From: Adineta vaga
Lineage: Eukaryota; Animalia; Rotifera
DNA: 64,000 nt
Direction: 5' to 3'
NCBI GenBank assembly: GCA_021613535.1
Contig: CP075493.1
Coordinates: 16,554,001-16,618,000, forward strand
Made by a program: the position numbers and the translations under genes. The notes under the pieces were generated by a model that saw only the letters and a program-made list of their open reading frames with translations, searched no databases and was not told the DNA's origin. Shown piece by piece: positions 37,319-49,062 of the stretch (the first letter of the stretch is position 1; the number at the start of each line of letters is the position of its first letter).

Positions 37319-39498
37319 ATGTTGCGACTTGCTTGGTGTCTTCTTGGCTATTTGTTCTCAGTATTCGTAATAACTGATGGATTATCAATACTCGATGAGA
37401 CTCAGTCATTCAATGCTACCAAGTTTCAAATAAGTATGATACGGGATTATCAAGAACCATTCATGCAGACTGTTTCTAATCAACGTAGTTTGGCAGACGG
37501 TACAGTTAATATTAATATTTTTACATTATTTTATTACAATGGCAGTCAAATATATGTATACAGTTCATTTGCCAATGAAAATGAAAATAAACTCACTTCA
37601 CACCGATAGATATTCTACTATGTTTCACTTATGGCACCAATGCAAAGTTCGGAAAATGATGTCTGGGTATGGTCGATGAACAATGAGGTTCGCGTCAAGT
37701 TAATGTTAGGTGATAAGGAAGTTGAACATATGGCACGCGATGCAATTTCAAAGAAATTTGACATGACAACTGCTGAATATTCAAAATATTGGGATATTGC
37801 ACCTTTAATGATTGATTCATTGACTGCCTATGTAGTCAAAGGTAGTAATTCGCCTGTACCAGGTGTACAACCCTACTGTTCTGTTCATCCAAATTCATTG
37901 GTATTGATTTTTCGATTTCCTTGTTCAGCGAATGAAAATGCACAGAAAGTTGCGAAAATGATTCGTAGTGGTGAATATGAAATCGAAATTGCATTCTACT
38001 TTGATGGATTCAAACATACGTCGACATCATTGGTATCAATTTCTGCAGAACAATTGAAAATTGTATCCAGCAAGACTACAGCTGATGGTGGCAATTCAGA
38101 TGCAAAATATATTCATCGAAATCAAGCGTCAAAATTCGTTGGACAATATATAACAAACGTTAAGAAAATTATTTATTCTGAAAATTCAGAAGTCAATACT
38201 CAGTCATTAACAAACCGACTCGAAGATCAGTTTATAGCATTGTTGCAACAAGGTAAAAAAATCGGTGATATCTAATGAATTATTATAGATTGTCTGAATG
38301 CGCTTATTGTTTTATAGGAATGGAAAGTGCTGAACGAACTGTGATCAATGCTGGCCATTTTAATGAGACATGGTCATCGGCAGATCTACATCCTGATCGA
38401 ATTACATCTGAATTGAGCAAAGTATTTACAGAGAATATATCTGATACTGAACAACATACAACATCTGATAAATATCTTAACATAAATAAAGAACAATTGA
38501 ATGAATTGTTAAGTAGTAGTTCCAAGGAAGGTGGTGGTGGTGTATCTTTCCTTGGCTTTTCAGCTAATGGTAAAGGTGGTTCGACTTCATCATCAAAAAA
38601 TACATTCTATAATAAACTTCTACAGACAGATCATCAAAAGTATTTTAAGAATCATATCATCAAATTGCTCAATGAACAACAAGCGGAATTTAGTTGGGAA
38701 GGCGAAAAATTGATACCAAAATCATTCCAAGTTTATAAAACAAGTGATCTTACAGATAGTTTACAAGTCGCTTTAGTAGCTAAACAGATTACTATTGATA
38801 AAAATCAAAGTGCCATTATACGTCATGTTAGTATGATGAACAGTCCAACGGCTATTGGAAGTTCACAGCATACGCCCATCCTTCTTACAGGTGAAATAAC
38901 GATATACAGTGGACGAGCACATCCACCTGCAACATGGCTCATTTGCAACGGATCCGCTGTTTCACGAGTTGTTTATCAACGTCTTTTTGCAATGATTGGT
39001 ACAACATATGGATCAGGTGATGGCATTAAAACTTTCAATGTTCCTGATTTGCAAGGAAGAGTACCAGTTGGACTCGATTCATTAGGATTACGTGCTAGCG
39101 TAGCTACTAGTGTAGGTAACGCAGGAGGTCAAGAAACACATGTAATCACAACGAATCAATTGCCTTCACATTCTCATAATGTCGGTTCTATTTCTATGTC
39201 AGTAAGTGGTAATCACTATCATACAATCAATGATCCAGGACATAATCACGGAGGTAGTACTGGTAATTCTGGCTTTTTGAATGGAAATGGTAGATGGCAT
39301 GCAGGCAAAGATGGTTGGAGAATAGCGGAAGGCACACATTCTCATTCGATTCCAACGGGACGTACTGGCGCAAGTATAAGCAGTGCTGGTGATCATAGTC
39401 ATGCATTGTTTGGACAGACTGCATCTGTCAGAAATGGCGAAAAATTCAGCCTTATGCAACCATATCAAACGGTGAATTATATTATCTATACTGATTAG
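37319..39498 (+). CDS. Secreted protein with a C-terminal phage tail-collar domain and HxH needle repeats; one in-frame TAG at 37607-37609
   Basis: Signal peptide MLRLAWCLLGYLFSVFVITDG. ORFs 37289 and 37631 share a frame. Intron 38253-38317. Collar motif GEITIYSG..PPATWLICNGSAVSR..Y..LF..IGTTYGSGDG..TFNVPDLQGRVPVG, five HxH motifs, and a terminal QPYQTVNYII. Confidence 0.85.
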
Positions 39499-39654
39499 AA
39501 TAACAAAGCTGTTTTGTTAATAGTTGAACTGTTAAAAACGATCTGCAATAGAGAAAAAATTTTTTTAACGTTTTTATGTAATAAAAATTGTATCACATAA
39601 GATTTTCAATCAATTCTGTTAGATAGGAAACGTAGAAATATTTTAATCTAAATC

Positions 39655-39880
39655 TTGAGAGTGTGAATGTGATTAATACTCTTCTTTTCACCCTCACGAT
39701 ATAATAGAAAGGTATATTATTACTGAATTAAAGAAAGAATTATTTAATGAAAAGTTAGCAGGAAATCAATATAAAGTGAAAAACTTGTTTCAATCATAGC
39801 ATTAGAAGTTGACTTCCTCCCTGCGTTTTCTGTCCTCAAGGGTGGGTGTTTGATAGATGTAGTACTCACATCCACATCCT
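39655..39880. repeat. Two degenerate telomere-like hairpins (39655-39696, 39838-39880)
   Basis: TTGAGAGTGTGAATGTGA...TTCACCCTCA and AAGGGTGGGTG...CTCACATCCACATCCT. Confidence 0.55.
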
Positions 39881-40225
39881 GGCGTGTTTGGATTTTGAAT
39901 TTCTGGTGGGTCGTCTTATCCGACAGGGTCTTTTGTTGGATTTTTCTCTACAAGAAAAGATCTTCTCTAAAGTTGTTTAAAACAATTAGACTGAAAGGTT
40001 TTTGATGATGTCGCATACAACGAGAACATAAGAGTTAAATTACTTTGATAAATGTATCGATGTTAATAGCCATATCATAGAAGTAGTAAATCACCATTTT
40101 CTACTTCTATTTTTAGACAATAATGTCACTCGACTTGAATTCTCTTTGTGCATTTAGAATAAAATCATGACCAAATTATAGAAAGATACCATCTATTTTG
40201 ATGAAACTTACATTTTACAAAAAAG

Positions 40226-41374
40226 ATGCATTTGAATACAATGTTATTTGCTATTATTATCTTATTCTGTTGTTTAAATATTATGAACGCGATATCTCCT
40301 TATTATCGCATAGCTAAAGCAAAAATTATTCGAAATTCTCGATATATAGTTGCATATCATTTACATGCTTTAGGTACTTTTCCAAGTTCATCTCTTCATA
40401 ATTGTATTTATCAATGTCAAAATAATGATTATTGTCGAACAGCAAATTATTTTGATTCAAATCAAGGTACAATGTGTTCATTATTTGAAGAAAATTCCTT
40501 CGTTGGACAAATTGTTATAAGTACAACAATGAGTATTATAATTAGTTTTAATTTATGTCCACCCGGTTACAATGAACCAGAATATATATGTTTTGGTACA
40601 TCAATAAATCTTCGATCACCTATTACTGTACAAAATGTATTAAATAATTTACGTTTAATTAAACAATTCTCAATACTTACATATTATCCTGTTATTTTAC
40701 CAACAAAAAATGCAGTTTATTTTCCACTTGAAGGACAAACAACTATACAACAATATGATTGGCCATCACTTACATTCGTTAGTAATATTCCTGCTGGTTT
40801 AGTAATTGATAATTATGATATAGATGTATGGGGAACATTACTTCTTTCAAAATATAGTGGAGGAAAAGAGATTCGTGTCACTGGATCTTTTGGTAATTGG
40901 TCTGTTTCGAATATGAATTATTATACTGTATTCATATCTGATATTTATGTTGTATCAATACTACAAAGTAGTTTTATTATACCTATTTTAAATATAACAA
41001 ATGGTCGAAATTTATTTAATTGTACAGTACCTGTTAGTATTGGTACTTATTATTGGTCACGTATTATTAATCATCAATTATATATTACATCAACAACTGG
41101 CCTTTGGCATATGAATATAACACAAGGAGGATGTGGAATAGCAATTAAAATCGTATCAAGTTTACAATGTAAAGAAATTTTTGTTGATGCATCAGGTCGA
41201 TTATATGTTGAAAAAGATGATTTAACAAAAAATAATTCATTAGTATTTGATCTTTATGGTACACAACTTGCTTCATTTTCGTATGGAAGTAAATTAATTG
41301 TCAAAGCTTCAAAATACGATTATTATGTTATGAATAATCGAGAAAATCCTTTACAAATATATGTCTATCCATAA
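40226..41374 (+). CDS. Secreted PAN/Apple-domain protein with a probable C-terminal beta-propeller
   Basis: Signal peptide, CIYQCQNNDYCRTANY...CSLF PAN pattern, and a beta-rich C-terminus with an NHL-like IFVDASGRLYV. Confidence 0.75.
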   Translation: MHLNTMLFAIIILFCCLNIMNAISPYYRIAKAKIIRNSRYIVAYHLHALGTFPSSSLHNCIYQCQNNDYCRTANYFDSNQGTMCSLFEENSFVGQIVISTTMSIIISFNLCPPGYNEPEYICFGTSINLRSPITVQNVLNNLRLIKQFSILTYYPVILPTKNAVYFPLEGQTTIQQYDWPSLTFVSNIPAGLVIDNYDIDVWGTLLLSKYSGGKEIRVTGSFGNWSVSNMNYYTVFISDIYVVSILQSSFIIPILNITNGRNLFNCTVPVSIGTYYWSRIINHQLYITSTTGLWHMNITQGGCGIAIKIVSSLQCKEIFVDASGRLYVEKDDLTKNNSLVFDLYGTQLASFSYGSKLIVKASKYDYYVMNNRENPLQIYVYP

Positions 41375-41809
41375 CAAACAGATAAACAGAAAGAATTTTA
41401 ATTCCTCAATTAGAAATTGTTGTTCGAACTAATAAAATATATGTATAACAAAATAACAATGACTCACACTCCCGCATCCTCATTTTCCCTTCTTTTTTTT
41501 ATCAATACAGTATGAAGAAAGAAAATTAGACCGTTTATTACTTCTATGTTGTTATATGAAAAGTCAATAATATTTTGAGAGAATGTATATATGAGTATAA
41601 TGACGATTACCTTATTTCATTGGTATAGATCAGTAGTATAGTAAAAATAGTTTGATCGTTGAAAGCATTTATGAATGCATGGTTCAAAAAACTTTCTGGG
41701 AATAAGTCTTTTGAAAACAAAAGAAGTGGTAGACCGATTAAAAGTGTAATCTCTGACTTGAAAGCAGGAATACAGTCTTCAGTTGGAGGACTCGTTCAAA
41801 TAGAATTAA

Positions 41810-42859
41810 ATAATATTCTTGGTTAAAACGGTGATGGTTTAGAAGATGTAGACGAGCTATATGAAAATAAATAAATAAAATTATCTTGTGCTTCTAAGTC
41901 TCAAACTTACCTATTGATTTGAATATAATTTGTGCTAAAAACCTGAACTTTATTTCTGTTCTCATATATTCATCATATCGCACATCTTCAAGAGAATAAT
42001 GCATTTCGCAATACGGGTATAATAGAAAATAAAACCAATTTTAATTTAATGATAAAAATGTTCAAATACACTAACTACGTAGATTGTTACGCGCTCTCGT
42101 CGATCGAAGCGTCATTATGTAAATAATTTCCAAAAGCTTTGTTATTTTGTCTTTATATTCACATGATTTACCGAACAGATAATTAGATATTTTATTTATA
42201 TCTGTGTAGAATCGAATGTCTGCAGAAGACTATCTTTTTTTTACATCGGAAGGTAATTTGAACATGGAATAGTAACACAAGGATTTTTAAGACATTGCTT
42301 GTTGAAATTTTCCAATGAGATCATCCAATATTTGTCGATATTTGATTGATGGTCGATGTATATCTGAAGCATTGAAAGGTCTGTCATGTTCGAAAGCTTT
42401 ATTAACAAGTGAATAAGGATATTGAAAATATGTCAAAGCCAATTCAAATTTGTTTTCTTCAAATAACATTTTTCCATCTTCAATTAAAATCTTACTCATA
42501 TCACGAGCAATTTTTATTAATAAATCTGTTTCCATGATTATAAACATGATCATTTCTAATCCATTATCATAAGACCCCAATCACGATGAAGAACTATATC
42601 TCTACAAAAGATATAAAATATTTTGATTTTCATTTGTCGTTGTTGAATTTTAGTGCGTCGTCTTCACTATGGATGCATAATCAATCGGTGCACAATTGTC
42701 ATGGAAAGAACAAATGAGATCATCAATTGAATCTGGGGGAATAGCTGCTGTTTCTGCAGAATTTTCTTGAAAATTTCTTCTCGTTACTTGATTATTTCTT
42801 TGTAAACCAATATGTGCATCAAGCCCAAAAATAATAGCATATTCATTATTGAGTGTCAT
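41810..42859 (-). pseudogene. Fragmented hypothetical gene (helical, TPR-like segment)
   Basis: Same-strand ORFs 42650-42859 and 42287-42580 plus splice-like boundaries; no complete frame could be assembled. Confidence 0.3.
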
Positions 42860-43722
42860 TTCTGCTGATATTTTCGAATTGAAATAACGAGAAAAACAAT
42901 TTTCATTAGTTTTTGTATTGGAGAATTCCGATATTGATTTATTTATTTCTTCGATACAGGTTGTGCGAAATGAATAAGAATGGTGCTACGATATTTCGAA
43001 TTGTTACTATACGGAAAACAGCGTGTCGTAATTTAGGATGACATTTGTGCAATTCGTTTTTTCCATTTATGAAAAAATAATGATTGTTCTCCGTCAAAAA
43101 ATATTCATTAGAAGAAGGAAAGAATGATCACCAATCGATGGATCTCATCATGCTGATTTATATTGACTTTTTCTACACAAAATCATAAAATAATAACAAA
43201 GAAAATAAGTTATTTGACGTATTCATTTATTAGTAATAGACTATATCAAAATTTTCCTTCTCTCTTTCGTTTTACGTAACTGTAAATAATAACTAAGCTA
43301 ACGTTAACAACAGAATATATTGTTTTGTACATGCTTTAAAGATGCATTATATGCCTTCAAAACTGTGTTCGTCATGTAAAAGATAAATATACGATTCTGT
43401 CATTTGTCACAATCGTCGATTGGTTAAAAATAATACGAATCATTTTTTCTTTTCCATTTCATTCTGTCTCATCATTTATGCAATAACAAAACAACAACAA
43501 AAAGAAACACATGTGAAAAAGGGGCCTCTTTTATACCGTTGTAGATAAAATCATAAAAGTTCTATTTACTGGGACATAGTATGAATTCTTTCGCCGTTCA
43601 ACAATATCTTCTTGATTACAGAGTATGCCAAAATTATAGACCCCCATATGCATGAATACGAAAATTGTTATTTTATTTCACCAATAAGAGTTGACGATCA
43701 ACCATCTTGGGGGTGTGGGTGT

Positions 43723-43800
43723 GTCTCGATAGCTCAGTGGTCGGAGTACTGACCCGGAAAGTTAGTGTTAGGATTGTTGAGTTCGATTCCCACGCGAGAC
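43723..43800 (+). tRNA. tRNA-like element (pseudo-tRNA or SINE head), nominal anticodon GGA
   Basis: Acceptor stem GTCTCG/CGAGAC, A box TAGCTCAGTGG, anticodon stem CTGAC/GTTAG with loop CCGGAAA, B box GAGTTCGATTC, and TTTTT at 43805-43809. The T-stem is mismatched and position 33 is C. Confidence 0.7.
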
Positions 43801-44555
43801 TGTATTTTTCGACGGTTTTGTTGTCGACAGAAAGAAAAAAAACAAAATAGCTTCATCAAAAGTTTCATTCTTTTCTTTATCGGCATTGGTTTTAAAAACC
43901 CTTGATTTGAAATTGATGGAAATGACCCAAAACTAAATGTAATATTTGAAGAATTTTATAGCAGAAGCAAAATAATGATCACGGTAGCCTGACTCATTTT
44001 TCGAATTGTTTTTTAGTATATTTTTTGTTAGAAATCTCCAAAATATCATATATATGACATTGAATTTATTCCCATATTTACTTTAGATGCTTGTTGGTTT
44101 TTTCCAACTGACCTAGGTGTATATATGTAATGATGCTTTTTTATCATTCTGTCGGTCGAGCGTAAGTATCATATTAGATTCGTAATCATATTTAGATGAT
44201 AAACAACGGAAAAGACGACGCTTTTATCGCAAGAAAAACGGTTGAAACAGAGCTTACTATTAACAAATTCATTTTTCTAATGCGTAGAAATGTGAATTTT
44301 TCGTTTGCTGTTTTTCTCACTGGTGTTACATATCTTACAGATCGGAAATGATAGATATACTTTTATAGATACGGAGTCCATGGCGTAAATGAAACTACAA
44401 AACAATTCAAAATTTCTATATAATTATGTCTATATAATGTGATGCTATATTTCTATCATGCTGTACCATGGTCTACAAGTGTCTATTGCCAACCGATGTC
44501 CCAAAGAGCTACTTGTTATTTTGAAAAATCATCACTTCGTCATAAAGGCTCAAAA

Positions 44556-44646
44556 CTTCACCCCTCCATCCTTATCCTCACCCTCACTCACACCCTCACC
44601 CTCAATCAGTGATATACATATACACTCATACTCTTGTAGACCCTCG
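44556..44646. repeat. C-rich telomere-like tract (CCCTCA/CACTCA)n
   Basis: CCTCACCCTCACTCACACCCTCACCCTCAA. Confidence 0.65.
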
Positions 44647-44820
44647 TAGACGGTAGTAGAAACAACAATACATATTATATAGATATCGTTATTTAGAAAT
44701 TTTGAATTATTTTGTAATTCATTTACAGCATTCAGTGGAAGTTACGAACTTTACTCATCACCACAAACACATAAAATATTCACTAGATCCTCATCCCTTA
44801 CCCTGATCTTTTGTTTTTAG

Positions 44821-45702
44821 ATGAATAATAATAACTTGATTAGACGAGAAGTACAAGAGTATCTGAGCACTTCCGAGGGACAAGAACGAAGCAATACTGG
44901 TTTTGAAGTACGGGAAAGTACTGTGATTAATGCTCTTATTGTTGGGCGATCGCAAACAGGTAAAACGACCTTATTGGAATCCTTGAAAAATACCAATTAT
45001 GCTTCTTATGTAACTGGCTTTTCTGGTACGCGTAATGTCACACATCATCCAATAATTATTCGAGAAAAAGAAACCAATCGATATTATCAAATCAATTTAA
45101 TCGATACGATAGGACTTCATGAGCATTCGCAAGATCCAGCAAATAACCGTTCAGATGAAGAAATATTGACACTTGTCGCTAAATTTATTGCCAAAGAAAT
45201 AACTTCGTTGAATGCAGTTATTTTCGTTTCTAAGGCTGGTGATTTACATCTCCATGATATATCGGCGTTTCGATCACTGATGACGTTTCTCGGTTCATCT
45301 TTTCGCGCAAATACCATGATGGTATTGACACATTGTGAAGGTCTAACAAAAGACCGATTTGATATATTAGCGAATGGAATTCGAACGCATCCATCGAGTA
45401 GAGACATAAGCGACTATTGTTCTTTGGGTATTCATCCACATGGTACACTCAATTTCGATCAATTGGAAACATTTGTTGGTGAAGGAGATTTCGATTTGAG
45501 AAAACGATTCATAGAGAAGAAATTGGAAATAATTACACCAATGCGACGCAATATTCTACAATTATTAATTGCACAACATGAAAAGCAACTACCTGTTCAA
45601 GAACTACAAGAAATCTTGAAGATTGCCAATGAGGAGCGCATGCGTTTCGTTGAAGTAGAAATTAGAAAAAAAAATAAAAAGAATGGATGTTTTATTTCAT
45701 AA
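44821..45702 (+). CDS. AIG1/GIMAP-like P-loop GTPase with a polybasic + CaaX tail
   Basis: G1 GRSQTGKTT, G2 T, G3 DTIG, G4-like LTHCE, C-terminus RKKNKKNGCFIS. Confidence 0.85.
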   Translation: MNNNNLIRREVQEYLSTSEGQERSNTGFEVRESTVINALIVGRSQTGKTTLLESLKNTNYASYVTGFSGTRNVTHHPIIIREKETNRYYQINLIDTIGLHEHSQDPANNRSDEEILTLVAKFIAKEITSLNAVIFVSKAGDLHLHDISAFRSLMTFLGSSFRANTMMVLTHCEGLTKDRFDILANGIRTHPSSRDISDYCSLGIHPHGTLNFDQLETFVGEGDFDLRKRFIEKKLEIITPMRRNILQLLIAQHEKQLPVQELQEILKIANEERMRFVEVEIRKKNKKNGCFIS

Positions 45703-46099
45703 ATACTCGCAACTAATTGTTCCTTTGATTACTAGGTAGCGAATTGAATTTATTCTGATGGCATAATCAATACATGGAAACTGCTTGAATTGATGCCGTT
45801 GAATGTTCACTTCTGTAGAAATCTGTAAAAATTCTGCTATCGAGTTAAACGAACATGAACGTTTTGTTGGAAGAATATCGATCAATCTTGTATAAAGCAA
45901 TTAATCAGTTTATACATTGTTCTTCTGTTAAGTAACAACGGAAACCTGATTTGTGTCGTTCATTTAGTTTCTTTTGATATTTTTTTGCTAAATTGGAACT
46001 ATTTTTAACTCTACTACTTGAATCGGAAGCGAACAGAAAAGTTAAGTGGTCTTTTTTAAATTTTTATATTTCAGATATATCATTACAACTTTGCTCATA

Positions 46100-47915
46100 A
46101 TGTCTGATCCAGAGCGATACCTCAATGAAATTAATGCAGGTACATTCGGTCAAAATGCAGAAATTAATAACATCGAGCTTCCATCACATGAAGGTAATCT
46201 ATCTGCCAATTTTCTTCTCATGCCAAAAAAGATGATTTTAATACGAAATGATAACAGTTGAACATGGTGTCTCATAAGAATCTTTATTCATTACTCTTCC
46301 TTAGTACATTTTTAGATCATTCAACAACCAATGATATGAATTTGTCAAGAACCGATGATCAAATTAAGCAACTTAATCAAGACACATGTACTCATGGTTC
46401 TTCTGTATTATGTACTTTCAATCAAAAGACGTCCAGTAATGATAAGCATTTACCTGCTATTTCTCCTTTTGTTCAATATTCAAAACCGATATGCGTAGAT
46501 CAATGGGCTGAAAAATTATTAACCAAAACAGGTTCGTTTCTTTAAATCACTTTATTTGAACGTTACGTAAAAGCAGACGCAAAATTGAACATGGATGATA
46601 AATATCTTCTTTTCATTTATAGGTTTAGATAATAGTCCAATGAGACAAAATGCTAATGAATATACGACTCAACTGTCGAAAAACACAGGGGATAAGGAAC
46701 CAGTCATCGAGACTACTAATAAACAAGAGAGAGATTGCTTGGTAATTGAAGTTTTTGGAAACGTGCCATTTAAACTCTTAGAAGTACATGCTGACAAGGT
46801 ACCAATACCACTAAACTCTCTACCGTTCCAACACAAAATGTCTTTGGATAACAAAAACTTCCAGTTGCGTATTAACAAAAAGTCGAAGAATAAGTGGAAT
46901 ACTTATGTTTTACGAATTCAAGCAGAGCCTCAACCATGCACCACATGGAATTGTATAGTGACAAATAAAAAGAAAATATCATGCACAATAGAAAAAGAAA
47001 GAAGAATTGATGAACACACAAATAGACGAATGACTACAAGTGCGTACAAGTTTTAAATAGTGATTGTAAATTTTTATATGATTTCTCTCAGGTTCCTATG
47101 TACATAATCCTTTTGTGGTTAATATTCTTTTAATTGGACGATCACAAGTCGGCAAGTCGACATTGATAGAAGCTTTACGTGATCCTGATTACAGCACACC
47201 ACGGACTGGCATATCTCAAACGCATGAACCATCTTATAAACAACTGATAATGACATCTAAAAATGGAGACAAGTACACACTGAACATTATTGATACACCA
47301 GGTCTACACGAAATTCGACAGGATCCGAATGAAACACGAACCGACCAACAACTTCTTACTCTTCTTCGAGACATCTGTGTAAATGGTAAAATCCGTGCGC
47401 TTAATACTATTTGCTTTGTCAGTGTTATGGGTAAAACATATCAAAATGATATAGACACATTTAAGTCTCTGATAGACTTCTTTGGTGAACGGTTCAAATC
47501 GATTTCGGCACTTGTTCTTACTCATTGTGACAAGATATCGACTGATAGACTTCAACAACTGACAGATAATATCAAAACTCATCCAAAATGTTCGGATGTG
47601 GTGGATTATTGTCGTTTGGGTGTCTATCATAATGGTACACTCGATGTTGATGATTTGGATACGTATGATGAAGAGCTACGAGAACGTGTTAGAATATCTA
47701 CACTTGATCGTCTTGAACCAATGCGTACTAAATTAACAGAGTTTTTATTGTCTCAGTCTTGTAACTATATAGAAATTTCTGAGAACGATTTTCAGCGATT
47801 TGAAAAGCTTGTGAAAGGCACAGAAAAATCAAATGGTATACTGGAGACGGGATTCGAAAAGGCGAAGGAAGAAGCACTTTCAAATAGTTTCATTTGTTAT
47901 TGTAATATTCTTTGA
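46100..47915 (+). CDS. Second AIG1/GIMAP-like GTPase with an N-terminal extension (4 exons) and a CaaL tail
   Basis: GRSQVGKST, DTPG, LTHCD; shares HP..DYC.LG..H.GTL with copy 1; last intron 47040-47091 is in frame; ends CYCNIL. Confidence 0.85.
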
Positions 47916-48102
47916 ATGTTCACAGACACAATTCGTGTTTTTTTCCATAATATTTAACAAAACACTTTATTTCAGTAAAATAAAATGTATCGGGAAATGT
48001 GAGAATGTGGATATCAAAGAAGAAAAGATATTTCTGATTAAGTCGAAGTAATCTACAGAAAATCTAACATTTCTGAAGATAAAGTACACGAAGCAGTTTC
48101 AA

Positions 48103-48160
48103 CAGGACAATCATAAGTGCCCTGTCCTGTCCTGCCGTCCTGTCCTGATAACAGTCTCTG
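48103..48160 (-). mobile_element. Solo end of a small DNA transposon (CAG terminus with CAGGA repeats)
   Basis: Minus strand reads CAGAGACTGTTATCAGGACAGGACGGCAGGACAGGACAGGG; no partner end was found. Confidence 0.35.
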
Positions 48161-48312
48161 GTCTGTATATATAGTTAAAATAAAGTTTAAGTAAATAATG
48201 GGACTCTGTGGTGCCCTGCATCCTGGCAGGCTCTTTCTAGCAAAAAAAAATTAAACATATCGTACGAGGCTGGACCGAGAAATCCTTGTCTCAAAAAATG
48301 AGCTATTATTAA

Positions 48313-49062
48313 CCCTTGTTTGGGCAGTATCTCGCTAATACGTCGTAGGATAAGGCTGAAAATTCTACCACAGCTGGTCCATCATAGCTCCGACATATCC
48401 TGAAAATTTCATGCGATTACTACGAGCCTGGGCTATCTTGCCATGGATCGACTTTTTTGAATGGTGGGAGGCCTTAAAAGAAACGGACATATACTAATCA
48501 TAAAAAAAAGATTAATTCTAATCATATATTCTTACCAACTGATCTAATCGAAAAAGGTTAGACTGAGTGGACTCAGTTGTCAAGTTTCTCTTCATCAGCA
48601 CACATTTGATATTAACCCTTTGGTTACGGTTTTTATTTAAAGACGAATCTTTTATTTTTCGTTCTAAAACCATCTGCAATAACCTTTATTAGTGTATAGA
48701 AGTATTTGGAAGTGTTTTAAAGTATGATAATCTTCAAAACAACCTATCACACAAAGTCCGACATTACAAATATCACACTGATAACGTGTATCCCTATGCT
48801 TTTTCTCGCGTCTGCTTGTATGATTACAGACTACACAAGCTCTTTGTGCACTTCTTCCTGTTGCTGTTGCTGGAACTAGAGGTGGGAAATGACGTGCAGT
48901 AAGACGTACGGGATTATCCCCGATAATTGGACGACAATTGTTTGTTTGGACTGAGCATATACCTTTCAATCAATTGCCGAATCAAAGCCCATCGAAATTC
49001 CGCAAATTGAATAATCTTGTTATGCTTCACTTTGAATAGCATGTATGCGTTCAATGAAACAC
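48313..49062 (-). mobile_element. piggyBac 3' remnant (PGBD4-like transposase C-terminus)
   Basis: LNAYMLF..FR..LI.QL, then RLTARHFP and the Cys-rich CVVC...TRYQCDIC.VGLC..GCFEDYH. TTAA|CCCTT ends occur at 48313 and 48616. Confidence 0.8.

Noticed and set aside
37319-39498. Prophage or bacterial contamination
   Set aside because: The gene has a spliceosomal intron and a signal peptide, host-like composition, and no other phage genes nearby.
43723-43800. Functional tRNA-Ser(GGA)
   Set aside because: C at position 33, a mismatched T-stem and seventh acceptor pair, and an anticodon atypical for eukaryotes. Kept only as tRNA-like.
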